Below, in pieces: positions 1 through 10,762 of a stretch of DNA of 64,000 bases (the first letter of the stretch is position 1; each line of letters opens with the position of its first letter). A program made the position numbers and the translations under genes. The stretch covers positions 248,001-312,000 of the forward strand of contig OY253680.1 in assembly GCA_958009085.1 (NCBI GenBank), written 5' to 3'. The DNA is from Protoeuglena noctilucae (taxonomy: Eukaryota). The notes under the pieces are model-generated. The model worked only from the letters and a program-made list of their open reading frames with translations, was not told the origin of the DNA and searched no databases.

Positions 1-104
1 GGGGAGCGCTCCCACCAGGGAGCCGCGGGAACCCGAGTGGAGCTTGTCTCTGGGAATCGCCGCTTCTCTCGAGCTCCGCTCTTGCGCGTCGAGACGCTTT
101 CCCG

Positions 105-2697
105 ATGGGCCAATGGAATCCGCGCTGTCCCGCCAGCCGCATCCGTAGGGCCGCCCCGGGTGTGCACAGTCGACCCCGCCCCCCGCCGGGCACACCCCCA
201 AGCCGGGAGCCCCTCCGCTCTGCCCGCAGAGTAGCGCCGCGCACCGCCTCTCGACTGGCTTCCGGCCAGGGATGGGGCTGGTCCATCTGCGTGGCGGACG
301 GGAACGAGCTGTACGCGTGGGGCCCCGTCCCGACAGCACGCGACCCTCCGTCGGACGCGCGGCCCGCCTCCGCCTCCGCGCCGCCCCACGTCTCCCTGGT
401 GCCAGTCCCAGGCGGCTGCCAGCAGGCGTCGGCGTGGCGCTCGACGATCGTCGCCTGCAACGCGAGCGGAGAGCTCTTCCAGGTGCCGACCCGCCATCTG
501 CCGCCATCCGCAGGCAGCCGCCATCCCGTGGCTCTCCCTCGCGCCCCATCGCGCTGATTGACTCGGGCACTTCACTCCGCTCCGCCGCATCCCCCCGCGC
601 AGGCCTCCGTGGATGCGCTGACGGAGGCGGGGGAGGCGCGAGACCCTTCGTCCCCTGCCGTGTGGCGCGTCGAGGTGGTCGAGTTCCCGTTGCAGAGCAT
701 AGCGTTAAGCCAAGTCGCGGCGGGCGAGGGGCACTGCCTGGCGCTCAGGTGAGGGCACGCCTCCGAGCGTCGCGTGTCGGTGTTGCATCACACGCGGCGC
801 ACGTGGTCACAGGGTCTCTGTTGCCCCCAGCACGGCTCTATGTCTTTGCCCCCCCGCAGTGAGACGGGCGAGGTGTGGGCATGGGGTTCGAACGACTGCG
901 GTCAGGTCCGAGGGAACGTGCTGCGGGAGGTCTCACGCCCCGCGCTCGTGTGGGGGCCGGCCATGATGTCGGCCATCGAGGTCGAGATGGGCGCCCAGTC
1001 CGACTCGGGTGCGTGAGACCGTCGTTGCGCGCGAGGGAGGGGCGGCGTCTGCTCAAGGCCCTACGCCCGCTGGCACAGCCACCGTGACGACACCCACCCA
1101 ACCTCAACTTCTTGCCGCCCCCGCAGGCTCGGAGGGCCGCCGCGCCTCTGCCGGCGCGCTGGGCGTGCGTTCGGCCACGCAGCCGCGCATGCACGCCCGC
1201 CCGCTGTCGACCGCGAGCTCCTTCCGCTTACCCACCAAGGCCGCCTCGGCCCTGTCGCCCCTCGCCACCACGCAGTCCCTCGTGCCGTCCTTCCGCTTCC
1301 ACGCCTCGCCGCTCGAGACTCCCGCGAGCCCCCGCACGCTGACCACCATCCCCAGCTCCCGACTCGCGTCGGGCACAGACGCAGAGAACAACCCCACACC
1401 GGTCCTGGGGCCCCTGGGGGCCGTGTCAGGCATCGCCCCCGCACCCCAGGGCGCGCCGGGGATGGGCCCGGTGCCCGCTGCGGCCCCCGGGCTCCTCGGC
1501 AGCGTCCCACGCGGGGCCGGGCCCAACAAGCAGAAGAGCGGCATCTCGAGGTTCGCCTCGGTCCGGGGCACGGCGGGGCACATGGGGGCAGCGCCCGCGG
1601 TGAGCCTGGCTGCTGCGGTGCCTCGGTTGCCTCCTGCCCTACCCGCTCTTGCGTTGCGACCTCAGACGCTGCGGATAGCCCAGCGTCGTGCATCTGTGCT
1701 CGTGCCAGGCCTGTCAGCACGAGCGTGTTGGTTGTACAGCACGTCGCGATATGCGAATCCGCTTTTCGCCTCTTCCCGCAGCTGGCAAACGGCACGGCCG
1801 GTGGCACCCAGCAGCAGGGCTGGCACGCCCACTCGGCCCAGAGCGTGGCCGCCGGGTCTCGCCACAGCTGCATCGTGATGCGGGCGGGGGAGGTGCTTCT
1901 GTGGGGCTGGAACCTCTACGGGCAGTGTGGGCAGGACCCGATGGCGAAGGCGAGCGAGGACGTCGGCCGTTCTTGGCGACTGAGAGCCAAGCAGGCTTGT
2001 GCCCGGCGTGTCATGCATGGTCGGACGCGAGTGAAAGTTGTGCCTGTCGTGGTTTGCAGGACCGGCAGACGCTGTACCAGCCGACCAAGGCCGCGGGGTT
2101 CACGGGGCTCGGGGCCAAGAGCGTGGCGGCGGGGGCGGGGCACACGGCGGTGCTCACGGGGACGGGGGAGGTGTGGACGCTGGGGTGGAACGACAACGGC
2201 CAGGTGAGTCACATTGTGCTGCACTGCACTTCGTGCGGCTGGGCACACGCTTGGTGGAAGCGCCACGTCGGCTTCGTTGGAATTTGGACCTCAAATCAAC
2301 AGCCAGGCCACGACCCCCGACTGGTTGCTACCTATGAACCACGGCGAACCCCACTCCGTGATTGCAGCTGGGTACGGGCGACACGCGCAGCACGTTTGAG
2401 CCCGAGCTGGTGGACCACGAGGACCTGGAGGGGGTGGCGGTGAAGGTGGTGCAGTGCGGGGCACGGCACACGGCGCTGCTGATGGAGGACGGCAACCTGT
2501 ACACGTTTGGGTGGAACAAGTACGGGCAGTGCGGCCTCGAGATGTCGGAGGACAACGACTCGGTGCTGGAGCCCGTGTGCGTCGACCTGGGGGCGCTCCT
2601 GCGACGCGCGAGGGGGGCGGACGAGGGGCGGGGGGACCCCGTGGCGTGCCGGGACGTGGCATGCGGGCGGTGGCACACTGTCGCGCTCATCGGCTGA
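105..2697 (+). CDS. RCC1/UVR8-like repeat beta-propeller protein, multi-exon, with a Pro/Ala/Ser-rich insert; 5' end uncertain
   Basis: Spliced exons (approx. 230-483, 603-748, 859-1008, 1127-1599, 1782-1949, 2060-2203, 2368-2697) give RCC1 repeats: VAAGEGHCLALSETGEVWAWGSNDCGQ, VAAGSRHSCIVMRAGEVLLWGWNLYGQCG, VAAGAGHTAVLTGTGEVWTLGWNDNGQLG, VQCGARHTALLMEDGNLYTFGWNKYGQCG. Confidence 0.88.
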
Positions 2698-2760
2698 GAG
2701 CTGGCTGTCGAGTCGTGGCTTGCGGCGGGTGGCAAACAGTCGCACTGATCGGATGAGAGC
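2647..2760 (+). repeat. Diverged 59-nt tandem duplication of the last 16 codons plus stop of the RCC1 gene
   Basis: 2647-2700 encodes CRDVACGRWHTVALIG*; 2706-2760 encodes CRVVACGGWQTVALIG*; both stops are followed by GAGC. Confidence 0.92.
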
Positions 2761-3207
2761 AACCGACCATTGCCATGATTTCCCGGCTGACGTCTGCCCG
2801 TCCGCTGCTGTCCGATGCGCTCTGTCCGTTTGGGCTGCCTTGCTGCCCGGCAACGTCGTCTCGTGCCTCGCTGCTCTCTATGTTCGTCCGTTCCGTCTCT
2901 GTGTGTGTTGTCCAGACCAGTCGCAGGCTTGAGCGTGGCACAGTATCATTCCACGATCGCGTGGGGCCGCCTGCCTCGCCTCGTGGGGTAGGAGCGCGGC
3001 AGCTGCGTCGTGGCTGACCAGGTTTGGTTAGTTGATTGGTGCCCTTTCAAAGGGAGTGCTGAGTCTGGGAAGAGTGGCCGCGCAGACGTGCGCATGCGGC
3101 CTGCCAAGCGAAGAAAGGTCGTTGGACAGAATCAATGACGAGAGGCGCGGGTCAAGTGCCAATCACACTCGGGGGTATCGGGGTACGCCGATATCATAGC
3201 TGCAAGT

Positions 3208-4872
3208 TTAGTGTAGCCACATGTCCGTGCGCCCCGTCCTTCGGCACCGCATGCACCGCCGGTTGAGCCGCGAGGTCTCTGGGAGGGACCTTCTGCATAG
3301 CAGGGTGCAGCGGAAGGTTATCTCCAGAATAACATGATTAAGATAGGTGGTCTGAGTCTCGGCACCGACTCGGGCACACGCTTTGAATGCTTGGGAGCCT
3401 GTCATCGCAGTCCTCACCGCCTCTTCCCCAGCCTCGTCCTCGACCCTGCCGTCGTGCTTTTTTCGCTTGGCGATGCTGCGCCACCTCTCCCGTAGCTCCG
3501 TCACGGTGCGTCCATCAAACACGACACCCCCCGCCCGCAGCACCTTCCGCCACTGGTCTCGCCCATACTTACGGACCAGCGCCTCTAGCAAACGACCCTC
3601 TTCCGCCGACCACCTGCGCTTTCATGCAGCAAAGACCTGCTCGCTGCATGCCATCCATATACACCAACCTCTCGTGGCCCACCTGTCCTAAGCTGCCACT
3701 GCGCTCAGCAGACTGAGTGCGCATCAGTGAACAGGCATGGTCTCTGCGCCCCCACCTGCGGCCCTTGGCGGGCGGCTTGGACTTGGACTTGACGCTCTTG
3801 GGTTTGGGTGCGGGGGCGGTGCTGGAGGTGGGCACCTCGGGGTCAGGTGCTGGGACCGCGCCCCTTGCCTCACAGTCCGGGCATGACCACGGCTGGCTCT
3901 GCGCGGCCTCCACCTCCGCGGGGCCCATCCGCACGCACTCCGGGTGAAACCACTCCTGGCAAGCATTGCACCTGCAGGCAGGATATGGCACACGCAGGTG
4001 GCAGCGTTGCGCGTGATGTTGAGGAGCGTGCGGATACAGCACTCGCCGCTCCAGCGACGGACTGAGAAGGACGATCCGCAGCTGTGGCGCAGCGCATCGC
4101 ATAGCAGAGCAGCAGGTGCTCTGCAGAACGACCTCAACGCCGGGCATCTCACCCAATCATCATTTCGTCCGGGTTGTAGGGCATCATGCAGCGGCAGTAC
4201 ACATCGACCATGTCCGGATCAAAGGCGCCAGTCTTGCTGCTGTAGCGAAACCGGCAGAAGAAGTCGCCCTCGTCGACGGCCTCGAGCGCAACGAACGTGT
4301 CGACGTCACTCACGCGCGCGCGGCCGTCCACGGACGTCGCCGAGCAGCTGTCCCGATGGTCCGACTGTACGCAGGCAGTGGGCGACGGCGTGAGGCGCAG
4401 CGAGGCCGGAGCGCGCGGCCAGGGGGCTCAGCAGCGACACGCACCAGCAGGAGCTCCTTTTTGCCGTGAAAGCACTTCCGCCCGCCCTTGACCTCCTCCG
4501 GCCGATAATACCAGCTCACATTGATCATGATGCCGTCATCGCCATGGTATATCTCCTCGATTCGCGCGACGTAGTACGGCTCCCCCGGGTTGGCCGGCTT
4601 GATGAGCACATCGTCACCCCCTGCGCGTCCCCGGCGCATCAGGCTAGACGAACGTGCATATCATCTGTCATACATCAGGCTTTTGGCTCCGCAAGGGCGG
4701 GGGACTCACGCGTGTACTGGGCGCCAAGCTTCTCAAAAGCCTCGATCGCGGCCGCCCGCGGCGGCTCCTCCTGCGCGTCCGCTGCGGCGGACGGCCCCAC
4801 ACCAGCTCCTAAGCTACCGTTCGGCTCGTGCGTTGAGACGCCACCGGGCTCTAATTCCGATTCGGCGCCCAT
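3208..4872 (-). CDS. EBS/SHL-like BAH-PHD chromatin reader with a C-terminal TRF/telobox-type Myb domain
   Basis: BAH: GDDVLIKPANPGEPYYVARIEEI...[30 protein letters not shown]...FFCRFRY. PHD: VYCRCMMPYNPDEMMIGCNACQEWFHPECV...WSCPDC. After intron 3755-3614, Myb: RRWSAEEGRLLEALVRKYGRDQWRKVL...RTVTELRERWRSI. Start ATG uncertain. Confidence 0.88.
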
Positions 4873-5146
4873 CACTCGCAGAGACGCTGCAAAACCATGC
4901 CCGTCCTTTTGGCTCTTGCTGGAAATAAACCCATACGATATCCATCCAGCTTTTGCACATATTGCTGATGACGACGGGCGCCTCGCAGCCATCATCGGCT
5001 CCCGGTTCGCCCCGCCAGTGCCCGGCCAACCCTAACTGGCAAACCCAAAAACACACCTCCGCTCCCGGGCCTCGCTGAAGCTCAGATGCGCTTGTTCATT
5101 TCGATAGACAGACCGCCGCCTGTCATCCAAGAGCGCAGGCGCCGCG

Positions 5147-6065
5147 ATGGAGGCGGAGGAGCCGGAGGTTAGGTCGCCCGACCTCGAGGCCCCGCTGCTC
5201 CGCGACGCGGGCGCCCAGGGCCAAGACGCCGCATGCGAGGGAGGCGTCTGACAAAGACCGCCGAGTCTGAGGACCCAGCATAGCGCAGAGGTGAGATCTC
5301 GCGCGGCTATCCCGTGTTAAGACAACGCCCTCAGTTTTGCATCCCGGGTGCCGCGTGACGTGCTCCGCACGCCCTGTTTCTCTTGCAGGCCGTCAACAGC
5401 GACATCCTCACGTCGCTCGGGAGCGTGCTCTTCAGCCTGCCGGCCCTCCTCGGCTCCTGATGCTGGCCCGTGCTGCTGTTCGGGGCCCTAGGGCTCGCCG
5501 TCACGTCAGCAGCACGCCAGCTCGCTCACTCGCTCACCCTCACCATCAACTGCACGGTCCTGTCGAACCTCGCGCAGCACGTCCTGCACAAATGCGCCGC
5601 ACGCGCCGGGAAGCCCCGGCAGGTGGGTCAAGCGGGCTTGGCAATGCACACAATGCCCTGACTGGAGCTAGGCTAGCAGCGAGTCCGTTCGCTTCTTCCC
5701 GCGCGCAGTACGGTCCCTTCTGGATGTGCCTTTCGGCAGCCATTCTGTGCAACCTGGACCCCCTCCGCCATGTCTTGCTGGACTCAGGCTTCGGGGCTTC
5801 GTGGATGTCCATGTACCGCCCGCACTGTGCCAGCCACTCCAACTGGGCGTGTCTGTCCGTGGTCGGATGGACCGTCACCATCGGCAGCACGTACGTGGGC
5901 TTCGCCCTGCTCATCGCGGGCGTGCTGTGGGTCTCTAACGTCCCCGCCACGGTCGCCCAACTCTGGCGACAGGCCAGGCGTCGTCGGGAGGTGGCCGCTG
6001 CGTCCAGCTCCAGTCAACTCCGCACGCCCCTGGCAGCAGCAGCACCACCACCTGAGGAGCCCTGA
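5147..6065 (+). CDS. MSP: Membrane selenoprotein (MSP-like), 3 exons (5147-5290, 5389-5622, 5709-6065), ~244 aa, in-frame TGA at 5458-5460 and possibly at 5249-5251
   Basis: Phase-0 GT-AG introns join an otherwise open frame ...LGSVLFSLPALLGS-U-CWPVLLFG...YGPFWMCLSAAILCNLDPLRHVLLD...LSVVGWTVTIGSTYVGFALLIAGVLW, with several hydrophobic helices. The PALxGxUCWP motif matches my recollection of algal/Dictyostelium MSP. A SECIS-like hairpin lies in the 3' UTR. Confidence 0.85.
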
Positions 6066-6104
6066 GAGCTTCCTGAGTTGCTTCCCTGCATGCCCCGTGC
6101 TGCA

Positions 6105-6180
6105 CCTGCGCTTGACGGCCGCCTTGACGGCGGGCGCACAAACCTGAAAGGGCCGCGCCTCGCCTGATTTCTGCCACAGG
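6105..6180 (+). promoter_or_regulatory. Eukaryotic type II SECIS element (3' UTR of the MSP gene)
   Basis: Core TGAC 6125-6128 / TGAT 6165-6168 (tandem G.A/A.G). Helix II GGCGGGCGC 6129-6137 pairs with GCGCC(T)CGCC 6155-6164. AAA at 6140-6142, 11 nt after the core. Apical mini-stem CCT-GAAA-GGG. Weak helix I: GGC 6117-6119/GCC 6173-6175 and CCTG 6105-6108/CAGG 6177-6180. Confidence 0.82.
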
Positions 6181-6324
6181 CCCCCGCCAGTGTGAGCGAC
6201 TGCCGGGGGCTCTGAGGCTTGCACACTGTCTCGCGCAGGTGTGGTGCGGAACACTGGGTTAGCTTTTTGAATAGCAGCATCAGCGCTGGCTTGTTTGAAA
6301 ATTCCAACGCTACCTAGCATGCGC

Positions 6325-9300
6325 TCACGAGCCCTGCCCGCCCGCCTCCGCGCCGCCGTCGCCAAAACCAGCCCCAGTCCCTCCGTGCCCGCTTTCGTGC
6401 TGCATCTGACTATCGTGCTGCATCGAGTCCTGGGCACCGTCCATCGCCCCAGGCCCACCGTTGGAGTCGGCGGGCCGCGACGATTGCGTGGCGGAGGGCG
6501 GGGCGGGGTGAGGGGCTTGCCCACGGCCGAGATTCGCAGGCCCGTGCGCAAACGTGCCGCCGACACAGTGCTGCACCGTCAGCCAGTCGCTGTGCTCCGA
6601 CATGATGGGCTGCGCCCACCCGGGCCCTGGCCCCACGGCGAACGATGTGCAAGCGTGACTTGCAGGGTAGGGTGCAGCGTGGCTCTGGAAACCATCGGCC
6701 CAGGACGCCTGCCCCGCTGCCATGCCGTGCATGAAAGACGGGGGGCTCGCGTGGCCCATGGCCTGCGGCGACGTGCCGTGCGCAGGCGACCCGCTCGGGT
6801 GCCCAGGACCCGCTCCCTGCGTGGCGGTGGCCCCTTGGGTGGCCCCTCCTGAGCCGCCCCGGTGCAGCCTCTCCAGAATGGCAAGAGAGTAGCGCAGGTC
6901 CACCACGTTCTTCTCCAAGCTCGCAATGACGTGCAGCTTCTGGTCCAGCTCTTTCTGCAGGCGAGACGCATAGACCATTACGAATCACACCCAGCCATGC
7001 CCACCCTGTCATGCAAACCCCCTTTCCCTCACCGCACCCCGTCACACGGACACTCCCCCACGCCGACATACTACCGCACCCTGACAGCACCCGTCCCTCA
7101 CAACACTTCGTCAGGCACACTACCGCACCCTGACAGCCCCCGTCCCTCACCGCCAGTCTCTCGTTCTCCACCTCCTGCTCCTCCATGTACTTCTGCCGCC
7201 GCTCTCGACTCTTGCGGGCGCTCAGTCGGTTGCGCTCCCGGCGGTCCATGGAAGGCCCAGAGTCACCGGGCCCAGCCGCACCCGAAGCGCCGCCAAAGGG
7301 CGCCCCCGACGGCGTCGACAGGGTTGGGCCTCTGCTGGTCCCCGCCGCGCCGCTGTGCCCGTCCGACAGGCGAGGCACCTGGTAGCCCGGTCCCAGTGCC
7401 ATGGGGCCTTGGAAATCCATGGGGTGCATCGCCCGCGAGGCCATGGCCGCCGCGCTGTGTGTCTGGCCTTGCTCGCTCGCCGCGCGCCGATGCCCCGCCT
7501 CTCTGGCAGAGGCTGCGTGGGTCATGCCTATGGCCGCGCTGCTGAAGTCCATGCCTGAGAGCAAAAGTCAACAGTACAAGCATGGGTATGTCTGGTGAGG
7601 AAATCAACAATCAGCCGGGGACAAGTAGGTGATAATCACAGGCGCTGTATATAGTATTCTCTGCGCTGCAGCTGACATTCCGCAAGGACAGGCAGGCAGG
7701 TGGCTCTAACACATGGGCCACGCCAAAAAACAACAGCCATCACGCACCTTGACCGCTGGGCCCTGGGCCCTCCGCAGATGCCCAGCCGTGGCCCTGGAAG
7801 CTCGCCCCGCAGCTCGCGAGCCCCATGGTGCTCATGTTCGGGGACACCCCCGCAGCACCCGAGTCGCTGAGCGCCACGCCAGCACCCGGCCACCCGGCGT
7901 GAGGCGTGGGCCCGGGCAGACCCCTGGGGGCCTCCGCGGGAGGGACTGCGGACCCCTGCGTCACGGTCGTGTCCGTAGCGGCCCTCGTGCTCTCCATGGC
8001 CGCCCCGGGGCATGTACCCAGGACACCTTCAATGGTGTCGGCCCACCTGTCGCCCGTCACAGGGCCCGTCCCTGCCGCAGACGCAGCCCCTCCCGCCCCC
8101 GCGCCTGTCGCGTGCCACCCTGCGTCGCCGCCGTGCGGAGATAGCTCCCCAGGGTCTGACATGCGCCTGCGCTTGCGCTGGGGCCCCGCGCCCTGGCCTG
8201 GCCTCGGCTCCACCTGCGCCGCCAGCGCCGCGTGGGCTGTGACGAGCTGCGGATGTAAGCGGCGGGTTCGGTTTCAGGCCAAAAATGGGCTATAAAGGTG
8301 TGGGACGATGGTAGCGTGTGCGGTCGTTTGCGTGACGTGCATGCACAGCTCACCTGCACCATTCTGGCGGGGATGCCCCCGTCAGGGAGCCTCATATGGC
8401 TCTGCGTCCGCCCATCCTCGGCCTGTCCGCCGTTTCCGGCTGATGCTTCTGCAGGGTGGACCGAGGGCGATGTCCGTGAGGCTTAGATGTGTGATGGGCA
8501 TGGTGAGCACGATCATGGTGAGCACGATACAGGCACAACTGATATCTCCCCGGCATATTACACCAAGAGCGCTGCCTGGCCCCAGATCCCGCTGTGGTCA
8601 CCCACTCTCAGGGTTACAGTGCGCTATGGCCATGAATGCATCTAGGTGATGCACGCATGCACTTGTCGTCGCTGCACTCACCGGCATGGGGATGAGGCCC
8701 CGGGCTCGGCGATGCTCGCAGCGCTTCCGATAAGAGACCGGCCCCTGGGGACGGGTGCAGCGACACCGATGGCCGGGGGCTGTTGCCGCCACGGGCACCT
8801 CCGCTGCCGCTGGGAGATATTTGAATTCCCTCCACCCCCATCTCCAGGAACCCGGGCATGCCGGGTGCGAGCCGGGGATCGTGGGTGCCCAGCTGCGAGG
8901 TGAAGGTCGAGGAAGGAAAGTGACGGAGTGTGCTGTGCCAGTCGGCTTGTGCAACATGCAGGGCTGCGTGTGAGCGGCTCACTTGCGGGCCGAGACTGGG
9001 TTCAGTGCTCCCCGAGTCCTGATCCAGGAAACCAAAGATCTGAGCTGGAGGGCCGTTGGTGCTGCGAGGGAGGGCGGGGAAGGGTGCGGTCTGTCACCAG
9101 TCTCACCAGTTGACTTGTTACCTACCCACGGTGCGCTCCGTGCACGTAACCAAAGCATTGCGGGGCCCCGCGACGCCAAGACTCGCCCGTGGTTGCCAGG
9201 CCCCAGCTGCTGCGCGGCACGGGATGGCCCCGGGATGCGCCCCTCTGCCGCGAGCTGACTCAGGATGCTGGAACCCAAAGCTCCCGCGTGAGGCCACCCG

Positions 9301-10000
9301 GAGCCTACGGCAAGCGGCGAGCCTCTCCCCCCGACCGTCTGCGCGCCTCCGCGCGCTTGGGCCCGGCCAGGGCTGTCCCCGGCTGTGGGGTGACCGATGG
9401 CGAGGGGAGCCACGCGTGCGCCTGCAGTGCCGGGGACGGAGCTTGGCCAGGCGAAGGCGGCGCCCAGTCGGGGAGACTGCGCCGGGGTCGGGTCCATGCT
9501 GTCGACAGCCGCCGCGATCTCGTCGGCCGTGCTCTGCCCGAGCGCCCCTGCCAACAAATTGCTGGACAGAGACCACGACCGGGACTGGGGAGTGCGGGCC
9601 ATCGCCAGAAACGGCTCCATCCAGCTCGCCGGGCCTGGCGACCCTGGGCTCTCGAGGGGTCCGCCATCCCCACATGCCGGGGCCCCAGGCACACGCAGGG
9701 GTCCTGAAACACGGGGGCCTGTAGGGGGCGCGTCCTGGAACGCGGCGAAGAAGAGGTCGTGAGTGGCTGCTAAGCGAGGTGCTGGATGGTGCGGCGCTGT
9801 GACGGCTTTGTCGCGAGGCCCACCTCGACGGGCGGAGCTGCAGCCCCGCCACTTGCAGGCAGGCGGACGCGTAGAGCCCTGGGTCCTGCGGATGGCGTGA
9901 CAGTCGTTGCTTTATGCGCGCGGAACAGGTGTCGATGCCGCTGGCCCCGCCGCCGCTCACCCCCGCCCTCGCGGCCCGTGGCGCCTTCGCAGGTCGCCAT
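6325..10000 (-). CDS. bZIP transcription factor with long low-complexity N-terminus; 5' exons uncertain
   Basis: Basic region DRRERNRLSARKSRERRQKYMEEQEVENERLA (exon 7554-7151) spliced to zipper KELDQKLHVIASLEKNVVDLRYSLAILERL (exon from 6954). Upstream exons are phase-consistent at 8246-7748 and ~8448-8351, tentative further 5'. Confidence 0.75.
7070..7150 (-). repeat. Duplicated 32-nt 5' splice-site region inside a bZIP intron
   Basis: GTGAGGGACGGG(G/T)GCTGTCAGGGTGCGGTAGT at 7150-7119 and 7101-7070 on the minus strand. Confidence 0.85.
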
Positions 10001-10762
10001 CACGCGTTTCCGAACCCACACGGCGCAGTCCACCACTCAAGGTCCCTGTACGAGCAGCAAGGAGAGCGTGTGGAAGCCTTGCGGTCGGAACGGAGCGCCA
10101 GAGCGGCAAAGCGGCCGGGAAACATGCCGGGTGGTCTCCGGCGGGATAGAACCGCGTTCCGGACCCCGCCGCTTCCGACGTCCCGGCCACTGACTAAAGC
10201 GATGCAAAGGTACCGATCGTGGGACCCCAATGGCGCCCTCTGGACCCTCGGAGCGGGAACGGGTTTCGAGGAAGGGGGGGCAGGTGGTCGCGCGCCCGCA
10301 ATCGCAGTGGATTTTGGGCGATCGCCCATCCTCGCATTTGCCCAAACACACCTCTTGAGGACCGCGTGGGCAGTCGAGGCTCTCCAAAGCGGTCGCGGCG
10401 CTTCCCCCAAGGCCGCGGGCACCCTCGGCGGCCGGATGCTCACGCGAATCGCTGCTCGACAGGCGCACACCTCTTGCCTGCGTCCCGGAGCCCGCGCACG
10501 CGTCACGGGTCGCGCGGCAGCGCTGTCGGACGTCTGCAAGAAAACTGTGTCACACATTGACCCAATGCGGAGGACGACTGCTGTGTCGCACGCCGTGCTC
10601 GGGCAACCACGCTGGTTGCATCGCTGAGATCTGGGCATCGGTTCAAATGCTGTCGTGCTAAGAACATTGAAGAAAGTTGCGCACGGTACGTTCCGCGAGG
10701 ACAAACCCACAAGGGGACCTCCTTGCACGGCCACGCCGACCCCTGCACATCTCTCCCCGCTT

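Noticed and set aside
5249..5460. Genome-wide UGA reassignment or a pseudogene as explanation for the in-frame TGAs
   Set aside because: TGA is the true stop of RCC1, SPP, HCCS, TIG and RRS1 here, Trp is TGG, and the gene has intact splice phases plus a SECIS-like element.
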